Assembly (NCBI GenBank): GCA_965649295.1
Contig: CBFGKH010000001.1
Coordinates: 65,657-129,656, forward strand
Source: a candidate division WOR-3 bacterium
GTDB taxonomy: Bacteria > Hydrothermota > Tepidihabitantia > Tepidihabitantales > Tepidihabitantaceae
Direction of reading: 5' to 3'
Length of the DNA: 64,000 nt
Shown here one piece after another: positions 28,984-38,444 of the stretch. Under the pieces are notes generated by a model, which saw only the letters and a program-made list of their open reading frames with translations, did no database searches and was not told the DNA's origin. Numbering within the stretch: the stretch's first letter is position 1; every line of letters begins with the position of its first letter. The position numbers and the translations under genes were made by a program.

Positions 28984-29957
28984 GACTTCATCTCCGCCAG
29001 TTTGGCCCGCAAAGCAGGCACCACCTTGTGTAGATCATCAACGATTCCGTAGTGGGCGACGGCGAAGATCGGGGCGTTCGGGTCCTTGTTCACGGCAATG
29101 ATTGTATCAGCACCCTTCATGCCAGCTATGTGCTGAAAGGCACCGGATATCCCCAGCGCGATATAGACCTTGGGCTTGATTGTCTTACCTGAAGAGCCCA
29201 CTTGCACCTCCTTCGGCAACCAGCCAGCGTCAACCACCGGTCGTGACGCTGCCAGAACCGCACCAATCTCAGCCGCGAACTCTTTGACCAGTGGCAGGTT
29301 CTTTTCTTCCTTGATACCGCGACCGACCCCAACCACGACTGCCGCCTTGGTGATGTCAATCCCGGTTGTCGGAACCTCTTCGAGACTGATGAACTTCGTT
29401 CTGGCGCCAGCCAAGACGTCACCAGCGTCCCAACGCTCGATCGTTCCTGCCAGACTTGCCGGTTCCGGCTTGAACTGCGACTGGCGCACCATCACCACCG
29501 CCGGCCTGGTTTCAAGCATCCAGTCCGCAACAATCTTACCCGAGTACATACCCCGACTAACCTGAATGCCATTGCCACTCTTTGCCAGACCGATGGCATC
29601 TGAGACCAGGCCGGCGTCTAGCGCAACCGCTAGACTAGGTCCGAGATCAGTTCCGAATGCCGAGTGGGCAATCATCAGCACATCCGGCTTTCGCTCCGTA
29701 CAGAGTCTCACCAGCGCCTGTTGGTATGCCTCATAGTTGAAATCCCGGAACGCCGGGCTAGCAATCGATATGACTCGATGGGCCGCAGCTGCAATTTGAG
29801 CCGCCATCGTTTCTGGTGACTCCGCCAGTAGCACGGCCTCGACACTCGCCCCCCACTCAGCTCCAAGCTTACGGGCCGCAGCCAGCATCTCAAACGTCAC
29901 ATCCCGCACCACTCCTTGCCGGTGCTCAACCAGAACAAGAATGCCGCCCATCACCAA
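28980..29957 (-). CDS. etfA: Electron transfer flavoprotein alpha subunit (EtfA/FixB type, no N-terminal ferredoxin domain)
   Basis: LVLVEH... N-terminus and the C-terminal FAD-binding region IAVNKDPNAPIF..ADYGIVGDL. Confidence 0.85.
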   Translation of the reverse strand: MVMGGILVLVEHRQGVVRDVTFEMLAAARKLGAEWGASVEAVLLAESPETMAAQIAAAAHRVISIASPAFRDFNYEAYQQALVRLCTERKPDVLMIAHSAFGTDLGPSLAVALDAGLVSDAIGLAKSGNGIQVSRGMYSGKIVADWMLETRPAVVMVRQSQFKPEPASLAGTIERWDAGDVLAGARTKFISLEEVPTTGIDITKAAVVVGVGRGIKEEKNLPLVKEFAAEIGAVLAASRPVVDAGWLPKEVQVGSSGKTIKPKVYIALGISGAFQHIAGMKGADTIIAVNKDPNAPIFAVAHYGIVDDLHKVVPALRAKLAEMKS

Positions 29958-29997
29958 CTCCTCTCACGTTGCTCGGCATCCATCGTTCGCTCCGCCA

Positions 29998-30756
29998 TCA
30001 TACTGCCCCCTTCTCCTTCAACAGGAGGGCCAGCTTCTGCGCCTTCTCGTCAACTGTGCCCTCAATCATCTCAGCCGCTGCTGTTACCGGCGGAACATAG
30101 AGCTTGATCAGTTGCGTCTGCGCCACAACCGCTGCCGGTTTCTTGATGTCAATCGTCTTGGCACCAGCCCGCTTGATTCCCATAATCGAAGCGTAGCGAG
30201 GTGAATTGCCGCCGGTCTGAATTGTCACTACTGCCGGCAGGCCAAGCTCCTTAACCTCCAGCATCCCACCTTCGAGTTCACGTTTGACCGTCAGCTTGTC
30301 TGTCGCAAACTCCAACCTTGTCACATACGCAGCGTGTGGCCAACCCAGCAGCTCAGCCAGCGCCGGGCCAACCTGCGAGTTACCATCATCGGTAGCAATG
30401 GCACCGCAGAATATCAGGTCAAACTGGTGCTCTCGAAAGAACTCAGCCAGGACCCGGGCCAGCGCTATGCCATCAACATGACCCAGATCGGCATCGTCGA
30501 TTCTAACTGCTGCACCCGCTCCCTTGGCCAGACCCATCCTGAGCACTTCCTCACTTGCCTTTGGTCCAACTGAGACGAGGGTAACATTGGCACCGAGCTT
30601 TTCCTTAGCCAAGAGTGCTTCTTCTAGCGCGTAGTTGTCGGCCTCGTTGATGGTAAACGCCAGCTTGTCCTTGACTATGTCTTTGCCGGTTGGGTCAACC
30701 CGAACCTCGGCCTCGGCCGTGTCCGGCACCCGCTTGAGACAGACCGCAATCTCCAC
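29998..30756 (-). CDS. etfB: Electron transfer flavoprotein beta subunit (EtfB/FixA type)
   Basis: VVVEIAVCLKRVPDT N-terminus. Start assigned to the GTG at 30756, which sits 5 nt after a GAGGAGG Shine-Dalgarno (read on the minus strand); the longest ORF (30795) adds 13 residues with no RBS. Confidence 0.8.
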   Translation of the reverse strand: MEIAVCLKRVPDTAEAEVRVDPTGKDIVKDKLAFTINEADNYALEEALLAKEKLGANVTLVSVGPKASEEVLRMGLAKGAGAAVRIDDADLGHVDGIALARVLAEFFREHQFDLIFCGAIATDDGNSQVGPALAELLGWPHAAYVTRLEFATDKLTVKRELEGGMLEVKELGLPAVVTIQTGGNSPRYASIMGIKRAGAKTIDIKKPAAVVAQTQLIKLYVPPVTAAAEMIEGTVDEKAQKLALLLKEKGAV

Positions 30757-31193
30757 TACTACCTCCTCACTCGCCGCAGCCGTACCCCAAAGCACGGCTC
30801 TTAGCGCTGGTAATCAGGTAAATCAGCAGGTATTGGTTACTAGACATTAGCAGAACTTGCTCTTTCGGGACGCATATCGTAGCGCAAAACCCCTGCCGGT
30901 CAAGCAAGATGGTTCGGCTATCATCAGCCAGACTGTAACTGAGTCCAGCCAACCCATCAATCTGGATCAACCAACTCCTTTCCCAGGGCTCGACTTCGAA
31001 CCTGAGCCGGCACCTTCCTATCGAGTGGCGTGGTCGCTGGTTGCCGCACCGACAGCAACCATGCCTACCCCGCCGACGCTTAGCAAGTGATGCTTTATCT
31101 GAGAGTACGCAGGGCTTGCGCCCGCTGGGCGCCACCACTAGACTATTCAGTAGTCGAGATACCCTAGCCAGACTGCCACAGGAGGCATTCTTG

Positions 31194-34100
31194 ATGAAAT
31201 TGGCCCGCTTGCTTCTTCTCCCCGCATTCGCTCTGGCGGGAACCTTGATTTACACCGCAGAAGTTAATCCGCAAGAGCTTCTGTTCTCGCGCCATGGTGA
31301 CTACGACTTGGTCCAGCTTGCCAATGGCGTGTTTGTTCCTAGGCCAGGTTACCCCAGCCTGCCCGAACTGCCGCTCACGCTCGTTGTTCCAGCCGGCGCA
31401 CTTGTCACCAAGGTCTCTGCCGAACCACTGGCAATCATTGAACTGGGTAACTACCGTATCATGCCGTCCCAACACGCCCACCCTATATCCAAACCTCCGA
31501 CTCACTACTTCACTCCGCCCATCCCTGCAATCTACAGGACAGACAGACCCTTTCCGGGTACCTACTGTCGTGATTTCACAACCGGCCTTGCCTCCGGATT
31601 CCAGTTGGTGAGCATTAGCCTCTGCCCGCTGCAGTACCAGCCGGCATCAGGCCGTCTTAGTCTCGCCAACAAGTTGCTGGTAACCATCAGCTATGCGGAC
31701 AATGTCTCAAGAACAACTGTCCTAACCCCTAGTCAGCGTGACAGGGCACTGATGTCGCTAATACCGCTTGTGGCCAATTCCCGTGACCTGAACCGTTTCG
31801 CACCCCAGACACTCGAATGTGATCTTCCCGAGATCAACTATCTCATCATCACCAACAACGCACTGGCTCCCCACTGGCAGGAGTTTGCCGACTATCGTTC
31901 AGCCCGTGGTCTGCGCGCCGAAATCAGAACCGTTGAGTGGGCGCAGCGCAGCTACCCTGGCCGTGACGCTCAGGAGTGCGTCCGCAACCTCATCATCGAC
32001 TACTATCAGCACCGGGGTCTCTCCTACGTCCTGCTGGCTGGCGACAATGCCCAAGTTCGCTGCCGCAAGATTCGCCTGAACGTTGAAGACGAGCAGGGTG
32101 ACATCCCCACCGATCTCTACTACGGTGGGCTCGACTACTCCTGGGATTCGAACAACAACAATATCTTCGGCGAGATGGCCGATTCAATTGACCTCTATGC
32201 CGATGTTCTGGTCGGCCGTGCCTCCGCCGATAACGTCCGTCAGATTGAGAACTTCATCCGCAAAGTTGCGATCTACGAAAACAGCCCAGCACCTGACTAT
32301 CATCGCCGCAGCCTCCTTCCTTCTGGCTGGCTTTGGCGCAGCATCGGCTATCATGGCAGTTTTCTCAACGACTCGATTGCCGATTTGACACCAGCTCCCT
32401 GGGTTGACCGCAAGCTCGTCAATCCGCGTAACTCGGCGGTTGTTGCCGAATCACTCGACCACGGCTTTGTCATTTTCGATCCTGCCGGGCACGGCAACGC
32501 CAGCGGCGTTTACGACGAGGACGGTACGCCCATCTATCTCGCCAGCAATGCCGCTTCTCAGCGCAACTATCGCCGTTACGCGATTATGACCTCACTTGCC
32601 TGCGACCCCGGCGACTTCGAGGCTGAGGACTGCTGCGCTGAAGCTGCGCTCAACTGTGACACTGCCGGCTGTATCGGCGTAATGATGAACTCCCGCTACG
32701 GCTGGGGCACACCACCAAGCATGGGACCATCTGAGAAGCTATGTGTCCGTTTCTGGGATTACTACCTCGTACGCAATCACACTGTCATTGGTGCGGCCCA
32801 CAACCGCTCCCGCGAAGTCTATGCTGGCCAGGCCCGTACTAGTTCACTCTGGCGCTGGTGTGTCACTGAGTTCAATCTTTTCGGTGACCCAGCGCTCGAC
32901 ATCTGGACCCAGGCGCCAACACCACTCACGATTGAAGCACCGGTCTCGGTTCCAACCGGCGCTCAGACAGTCGTGGCCACAGTACGTGCCAACGGCTCGC
33001 CACTCGCTGACGCCATCGTGACCGCTTGGAAAGCAAACGAGGTATTTGCTACCGCCAACACCAATGCCGCTGGTCAGGCCACCCTCCCAGTTCATGCCGT
33101 CACCACCGGCAGCATTCTCGTCACAGCCCGAAAACACGACTACCTTGCTGCCCAAGCCAGTGTTACCGTCACCCCAGGAGCGCCTGAACCGCTGATTCGC
33201 TACTCGTGCAGCAGTATTGATGATACCGGTGCCCAGAATCCAAACGGAATTCTCGAGCCCGATGAGACCGCTCGCCTGACTCTCACAATCCGCAATGCCG
33301 GCACTGGTGCGGCCACGAATACCCGCATCGTGCTGCGACCACTTACCGCCGGTGTCACCGCACCAGAATCAGTTGCCTGGTATGGCACTGTTCTAGCTGG
33401 TGACTCGGCGGCTGCCTCCAACCTGCTCATCACATGTGGTGGCAATGTTCTTCCCGGCGCGATAGTTCAACTGCTGGCGCTGGTCTCAAGCGATCAGAGA
33501 TACGACGAGTTTATCTTCGGTATCGAAATTGGTTACCCCGGCCGGGTCGCTGCTGATATTGACACTGGCGACTGCGCGCTGACGGTAACTGCCCGCGGAG
33601 CAATCGGCTTCGACCGCACCGGTACTATTACCGGTCTCGGATTCCGCTATCCCAAGAACGACACTTCTACTCTAAACACCGCCAGCTTCGCCATTAGCAA
33701 TGGGCCGAACTACGTTGTTGACCGCTTCTACAGCCAAAACGACCGGCTGGACACTGACTGGACACTTGCCGACTCCGTCCGGCAGCGCTATCCGCTTTGG
33801 AGCGCCGATGAGATGCTGACTGCCGCATTCAACGACGCCGGCCATGTTGACCCACGGTCAGTCACTGTTGGCCAGCGAGCCCTGGCAGCCCGTGCCGTCC
33901 CTGGTGCAGTCGTCCTCGTCTACGATATCACCAACCAGAATGGCACCACCCTTGAAAACGCCTATGCCGGCATCCTTGCCGACTTTGACGTCGATGCCCG
34001 CGACCGTTTTCACGACGATGCCTGGGTGCGACATGACCTTAGCGCAGTAATGATGCGCAATATCCTGCGCCCTGACCGCTACTGCGGCATCAAACTCCTG

Positions 34101-34652
34101 ACACCGGTCGCTCCGTTCCACGGCACCTGTCTCGACAACTCAGTTTACATCACTTCCGACTCAGGCATGAGCGAAAGCATGAAACACCGCGCCCTGACCG
34201 CTGAGATTGGCCTGCCTCAGTCGAATCGGACTTACAACTGGTCGGTTGCCATCGCGACTGGGCCACTGACCATTCCCCCCGGCTCGACCCAACGCGTTGC
34301 CTTCGCTTTTGTCGGGGCGGCCGGCTCGACTGCCTTCGAACAAACATGTGCTGCAATTCAGGACTGGTATGATGCCAATGTGGGGATCAAGCAGACACCT
34401 ACCCTTAGCCATCGCCAATCTGAAATCACGGTTCTACCCAACCCAACCCGTGGCACTCTACGGATCAACAGCTCGCCCCATATGCACCTGTGCGCTCTGA
34501 CGCTCTATGATTGCTCCGGTAATCTTGTCCGCAAGCTGGACACGAGAAGCCTAATGATCGATCTTTCCGACTTACCAACTGGTGCCTACGTCCTCAAGCT
34601 CGTGACTGACACTGGTCAGACAAGCACTGTCCGAATAGCCGTTTTGCGCTAG
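31194..34652 (+). CDS. Peptidase C25 (gingipain-like cysteine protease) with C-terminal type-A T9SS sorting domain
   Basis: GGAGG RBS 9 nt upstream of the ATG at 31194, followed by signal peptide MKLARLLLLPAFALAG. C25 core: YLIITNN...YVLLAGD...DLYYGGLD...ADVLVGR, catalytic His in DPAGHGNASG and Cys in MTSLACDPGDF. The C-terminus ...LTLYDCSGNLVRKL...GAYVLKLVTDTGQTSTVRIAVLR is a Por_Secre_tail-like CTD. Confidence 0.8.
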   Translation: MKLARLLLLPAFALAGTLIYTAEVNPQELLFSRHGDYDLVQLANGVFVPRPGYPSLPELPLTLVVPAGALVTKVSAEPLAIIELGNYRIMPSQHAHPISKPPTHYFTPPIPAIYRTDRPFPGTYCRDFTTGLASGFQLVSISLCPLQYQPASGRLSLANKLLVTISYADNVSRTTVLTPSQRDRALMSLIPLVANSRDLNRFAPQTLECDLPEINYLIITNNALAPHWQEFADYRSARGLRAEIRTVEWAQRSYPGRDAQECVRNLIIDYYQHRGLSYVLLAGDNAQVRCRKIRLNVEDEQGDIPTDLYYGGLDYSWDSNNNNIFGEMADSIDLYADVLVGRASADNVRQIENFIRKVAIYENSPAPDYHRRSLLPSGWLWRSIGYHGSFLNDSIADLTPAPWVDRKLVNPRNSAVVAESLDHGFVIFDPAGHGNASGVYDEDGTPIYLASNAASQRNYRRYAIMTSLACDPGDFEAEDCCAEAALNCDTAGCIGVMMNSRYGWGTPPSMGPSEKLCVRFWDYYLVRNHTVIGAAHNRSREVYAGQARTSSLWRWCVTEFNLFGDPALDIWTQAPTPLTIEAPVSVPTGAQTVVATVRANGSPLADAIVTAWKANEVFATANTNAAGQATLPVHAVTTGSILVTARKHDYLAAQASVTVTPGAPEPLIRYSCSSIDDTGAQNPNGILEPDETARLTLTIRNAGTGAATNTRIVLRPLTAGVTAPESVAWYGTVLAGDSAAASNLLITCGGNVLPGAIVQLLALVSSDQRYDEFIFGIEIGYPGRVAADIDTGDCALTVTARGAIGFDRTGTITGLGFRYPKNDTSTLNTASFAISNGPNYVVDRFYSQNDRLDTDWTLADSVRQRYPLWSADEMLTAAFNDAGHVDPRSVTVGQRALAARAVPGAVVLVYDITNQNGTTLENAYAGILADFDVDARDRFHDDAWVRHDLSAVMMRNILRPDRYCGIKLLTPVAPFHGTCLDNSVYITSDSGMSESMKHRALTAEIGLPQSNRTYNWSVAIATGPLTIPPGSTQRVAFAFVGAAGSTAFEQTCAAIQDWYDANVGIKQTPTLSHRQSEITVLPNPTRGTLRINSSPHMHLCALTLYDCSGNLVRKLDTRSLMIDLSDLPTGAYVLKLVTDTGQTSTVRIAVLR

Positions 34653-34670
34653 CCGCCTATCACTCATTCT

Positions 34671-34712
34671 GACCCGGCAGTAAGACCAATCTGCTGCCGG
34701 GTCTTACCTTCA
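34671..34712 (+). terminator. Terminator-like hairpin after the C25 peptidase gene (GACCCGGCAG-13 nt loop-CTGCCGGGTC plus TTACCTTCATT)
   Basis: A 10-bp perfect stem 19 bp after the stop. The U-tract is only moderate. Confidence 0.35.
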
Positions 34713-34755
34713 TTGCGAGTGGTGCCGATAGCTGTGCCAGAATTGCGGAGACAAA

Positions 34756-34783
34756 TTGACAGAAGTGGGTTCACTTCTATAAT
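34756..34783 (+). promoter_or_regulatory. Consensus sigma70 promoter TTGACA-N16-TATAAT whose spacer is a perfect palindrome GAAGTGggttCACTTC (operator-like)
   Basis: Exact -35 and -10 consensus hexamers were read from the sequence, about 55 bp upstream of tRNA-Leu. The 6-4-6 inverted repeat exactly fills the spacer. Confidence 0.5.
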
Positions 34784-34842
34784 GACTTGTCTAGCAAGCT
34801 GGTGGCAGGTAGTTATCAGCCGTCAGTATGCTGGCAAACGAT

Positions 34843-34924
34843 GCCGAGGTGGTGGAATTGGCAGACACGCTTGGTTGAGGGCCAAGTGCCTAACAGCATG
34901 CAGGTTCAAATCCTGTCCTCGGCA
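34843..34924 (+). tRNA. tRNA-Leu (anticodon GAG), class II with long variable arm
   Basis: Acceptor stem GCCGAGG/CCTCGGC with discriminator A; D-loop GGAATTGGCAGA; anticodon stem-loop CTTGG-TTGAGGG-CCAAG; T-arm GGTTCAAATCC. Very close to the E. coli tRNA-Leu scaffold. CCA is not encoded. Confidence 0.8.
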
Positions 34925-34935
34925 TGCCTCTCCTG

Positions 34936-36111
34936 ATGACCAATTCCCGTGTCATTGTAATAGTCCTCGACGGTGTCGGTTGTGGGTTTGCGCTCGACGC
35001 TGCTCGCTTCGGCGACGAAGGCTCAAACACACTTCAGAACCTAAGTCTCGCAACCAAGCTCAGCCTCCGGAACTTGACCCGACTCGGTCTTGGCAACATA
35101 CTGCCGCTGCGTGGCGTGCCGTTCAACGAACGCCATACCGCAGCAGTAGGAATGATGGCCGCACAATCCTGCGGCAAGGATTCAACCTGCGGCCACTGGG
35201 AGCTGGCCGGAGTCATCGTGACCGAACCATTCCCTGTGTTCCCGAACGGTTTTCCGACCGAGCTACTGCGGCAATTCGAAAAACAGATTGGTCGCCAGAC
35301 GATCGGCAACTGCGCTGCATCTGGGACCGAGATAATCAACCAGCTCGGTGATGAGCACGTCCGTACCGGCTCACCGATCGTTTACACCTCGGCCGACAGT
35401 GTTTTCCAAATTGCCTGTCACGAGGAAGTAGTGCCACGATCGCTACTCTACGATTACTGCGAAACCGCCCGCCGGCTGCTGGACGGCCCCAACCGCGTGG
35501 CTCGCGTAATCGCTCGACCTTTTGTAGGCTCCTCTGGAAACTACCGTCGAACTGATGGTCGCCGTGATTTCTCCTGTGCAGCGCCCAAACCAACGCTCCT
35601 TGACAATGCTAAGAGCGCCGGTCTACCAGTCATCGCCATTGGCAAGGTTGACGACCTTTTTGCCGGCCGCGGATTCACTCAATCCTATCACTCCGTTCGG
35701 AACGACGAATGCATACAACTCATTAGTAAAGCGATGAGACAGACAGATAACGGTCTCATCTTTGCCAACCTCGTCCAGTTCGATATGGACTGGGGCCATC
35801 GCAACGACGTCGCAGGATTCGCTGCCGGTCTCACCAGGTTCGATAGACAACTACCCGCCATCCTTAGCCTGCTCCGCCAAGGAGACCTGCTTTTCATAAC
35901 GGCTGACCACGGCAACGACCCAACCACCCCATCAACCGATCACTCGCGCGAGTGCGTGCCGCTCCTTGCACTTGGTCCCGGGCTGCGCGGTGGGCTGAAC
36001 CTCGGCACAAGACCGACATTCGCTGACCTAGGCCAGACCGCTGCCGAACATCTCGGCATCTCGCCAACCCCGGATGGTACAAGTTTCCATGGCGAGCTAC
36101 TTCCCGAGTAA
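34936..36111 (+). CDS. deoB: Phosphopentomutase (DeoB)
   Basis: VIVIVLDGVGCG N-terminus (metal site) and the ITADHGNDPT motif. Start set at the ATG at 34936; the longest ORF begins at 34924, inside the tRNA 3' end. Confidence 0.85.
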   Translation: MTNSRVIVIVLDGVGCGFALDAARFGDEGSNTLQNLSLATKLSLRNLTRLGLGNILPLRGVPFNERHTAAVGMMAAQSCGKDSTCGHWELAGVIVTEPFPVFPNGFPTELLRQFEKQIGRQTIGNCAASGTEIINQLGDEHVRTGSPIVYTSADSVFQIACHEEVVPRSLLYDYCETARRLLDGPNRVARVIARPFVGSSGNYRRTDGRRDFSCAAPKPTLLDNAKSAGLPVIAIGKVDDLFAGRGFTQSYHSVRNDECIQLISKAMRQTDNGLIFANLVQFDMDWGHRNDVAGFAAGLTRFDRQLPAILSLLRQGDLLFITADHGNDPTTPSTDHSRECVPLLALGPGLRGGLNLGTRPTFADLGQTAAEHLGISPTPDGTSFHGELLPE

Positions 36112-36124
36112 CCGCAGGTGGGAA

Positions 36125-36514
36125 ATGAGCCCTAGCCAGAGACGGCGGCTGATTGCTGCCGCCCGTCGCGTCGCCACCAATGCCTATGCGCCATACTCCC
36201 GTTTCCAGGTTGGCGCAGCAGTGCTCGCAGATGACGGACGCACCTATTCAGGCACGAACGTCGAGAACAGCTCCTACAGCCTGACCATCTGTGCTGAACG
36301 AGCCGCCATCGTCCAAGCTGTGGCTGCTGGCTGTCGTGAGATTAGGGCAATTGTGGTCTTTGCTCAGACAACGAAACTCACGCCACCCTGTGGCGCCTGC
36401 CTGCAGGTAATCCACGAGTTTGGTCAAGACGCACTAGTCATCCTTACCAACGGTCACGAAGTAGTTGAGTATCGGATTGGCCAACTGCTGCCGCTCGCTT
36501 TCCGCTTGAAGTAG
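36125..36514 (+). CDS. cdd: Cytidine deaminase (Cdd)
   Basis: AYAPYSRFQVGAAVL...CAERAAI...PCGACLQV, the zinc-binding H/CAE...PCxxC signature. Internal ATG chosen, 14 nt after the deoB stop. Confidence 0.85.
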   Translation: MSPSQRRRLIAAARRVATNAYAPYSRFQVGAAVLADDGRTYSGTNVENSSYSLTICAERAAIVQAVAAGCREIRAIVVFAQTTKLTPPCGACLQVIHEFGQDALVILTNGHEVVEYRIGQLLPLAFRLK

Positions 36515-36559
36515 CCACGAGACGAACGTTGCCTGGCCTGGCTCTATGCTTTCGGCCAG

Positions 36560-37810
36560 CTAACCAATTCGTTCGAGCCCAGCCATGTACGGTCGTAGCT
36601 TCTCCGGAACGACTATTGAGCCATCAGCCTGCTGATAGTTTTCAACAACCGCTATGAAGACTCGCGGTAATGCCAACGCGGAACCGTTCAAGGCGTGCGG
36701 GAAATAGGTCTTGCCCGTGACCGTCTTGACGCGGATGTTTCCCCGACGAGTTTGGTAGTCTTCACAGTTGGATACCGAAGAGACCTCTAGCCAGCGGTCA
36801 ACTCCCGGGGCCCACGCCTCGAGGTCGTATGTCTTGGCCGACTGAAATGCGATGTCCCAGGCTGCCAGCCGCTTGACGCGATAGGGAATTCCCAAATCCC
36901 GCAGCAGGCTCTCAGCCTCGCCTCGCATCTCCTCTAGCGCCTGATACGAATCCTCTGGCCGAACCAGACGGACATTCTCAACTTTGTCAAACTGATGGAT
37001 GCGAATCATCCCGCGCACATCCTTGCCGTAAGAACCGGCTTCTCTGCGAAAGCAAGGAGTGTAGGCGGTATACTTGATCGGCAGCCTCGACTCTGGCAGG
37101 GTCTCACCTCGGTGGTAGTTCACAAGCTGCGGCTCGGCAGTCGGCACCAGATAATACTCTTCATCGCGCGTCGCATACATCTCGCTTTCCATGTGCGGAA
37201 GCTGACCAGTCGCTTCTAGCGTCTGAGCATTGGCGAGCACCGGCGGCGCAATCTCGGTGTAACCGTGGCGACGGACGTTAGTGTCGAGAAAGAAGTTGAT
37301 CAGTGCCCGTTCGAGTAATGCGCCCTGCCCCTTGAAGACAACGAACCGTGAACCAGCCAGTCGCACGGCGGCCTCAAGGTCGATAATCTGCAGCGCTGCT
37401 CCCAAGTCCCAGTGTGCCAACGGCCTAAAGTCGAAAGTCCGAATTGAACCCCACTGGGCAACAATCTCCTCCTCGGTCGTTACTGACGGATGGACAACAT
37501 TGGGCAGCCCTCGGGCTAGCTCCAGCTGTTCGGCCTCAACTCTAGCCACCGCGGCATCAAGCTTCTTGACCAGCTCTGCAACTTCTTTAGCCCGTGCCAC
37601 TTCTGTCGCGCACTCACGTCCTTCCTTTCTCGCACGACCAACGGCTTCCGAAAGCTGCCGTTGCCTATGCCTGGCCTCGTCGCGTTCACGTGCTAACCGA
37701 CGTCGCTCAGTATCGAGTGCGACAAGCCGATCAATGTTGGCCGGCTTGCGTCGCAACTCAAGGATGCGTCGCGCCTCCTCGGGATTCTCACGTATTAGCC
37801 GAATGTCCAT
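36560..37810 (-). CDS. serS: Seryl-tRNA synthetase (SerS)
   Basis: N-terminal coiled-coil arm and class II core motifs (…FRREAGS…, …GSALA…) in 416 aa. Confidence 0.9.
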   Translation of the reverse strand: MDIRLIRENPEEARRILELRRKPANIDRLVALDTERRRLARERDEARHRQRQLSEAVGRARKEGRECATEVARAKEVAELVKKLDAAVARVEAEQLELARGLPNVVHPSVTTEEEIVAQWGSIRTFDFRPLAHWDLGAALQIIDLEAAVRLAGSRFVVFKGQGALLERALINFFLDTNVRRHGYTEIAPPVLANAQTLEATGQLPHMESEMYATRDEEYYLVPTAEPQLVNYHRGETLPESRLPIKYTAYTPCFRREAGSYGKDVRGMIRIHQFDKVENVRLVRPEDSYQALEEMRGEAESLLRDLGIPYRVKRLAAWDIAFQSAKTYDLEAWAPGVDRWLEVSSVSNCEDYQTRRGNIRVKTVTGKTYFPHALNGSALALPRVFIAVVENYQQADGSIVVPEKLRPYMAGLERIG

Positions 37811-37841
37811 TGGCGGATTCTACAACTAGTACCGTAGCTGG

Positions 37842-38444
37842 TCAAACCAGCCGCGTCCGACGTTGCAAATTGGCCTGCTGCGCCGCCTTGGTAAGCACAT
37901 CGTATTCGATATTCACCCTCTCACCGGCCCGACGGAGTCTCAGATTGGTATTCTCCCAGGTCAACGGTATGACGTTGACGCTGAATTCGGCGGACCGGCA
38001 CTCGGCAATTGTCAAACTGATGCCATCAAGACAGATCGCCCCCCTGCGCGCTAGCAATTGCTGGTATTCGTGACTGACAGTTACCACTATAGTCCAGTGC
38101 CCACCGCGCCTTTGGATACGCCTGATTCGCCCTACGTCATCCACGTGTCCTAGGACAAAGTGCCCGCCAACCCGCTCACCGAACTGAAGCGCCCGCTCAA
38201 GGTTAACGCGACTACCAATACGAAGTTCACCAAGCGTGGTAATCCCCAGGGTTGCCGCCACGGCCTCGACAGTGAACGTTCGCCTATCGTTCGCAATCAC
38301 GCTCAGACAGACGCCATTCACTGCCACACTCTCACCGGTCTTCAGTCCGCGTGCAAACTCGGCAGCCACCGTAAGCTGCCGATTCTTTCCTTTTACGTCA
38401 ACCCGTTCGACCCGACCAACTTCTTCAATCAACCCGGTGAACAT
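37842..38444 (-). CDS. ribE: Riboflavin synthase alpha chain (RibE/RibC)
   Basis: MFTGLIEEVG...two lumazine-binding repeats (SLTI/SLTV), 200 aa. Confidence 0.85.
   Translation of the reverse strand: MFTGLIEEVGRVERVDVKGKNRQLTVAAEFARGLKTGESVAVNGVCLSVIANDRRTFTVEAVAATLGITTLGELRIGSRVNLERALQFGERVGGHFVLGHVDDVGRIRRIQRRGGHWTIVVTVSHEYQQLLARRGAICLDGISLTIAECRSAEFSVNVIPLTWENTNLRLRRAGERVNIEYDVLTKAAQQANLQRRTRLV

Noticed and set aside
34713-35351. 212-aa ORF spanning tRNA-Leu and the 5' part of deoB
   Set aside because: It overlaps a confidently folded tRNA and the deoB frame, has Arg/Cys-rich nonsense composition, and nothing supports it.
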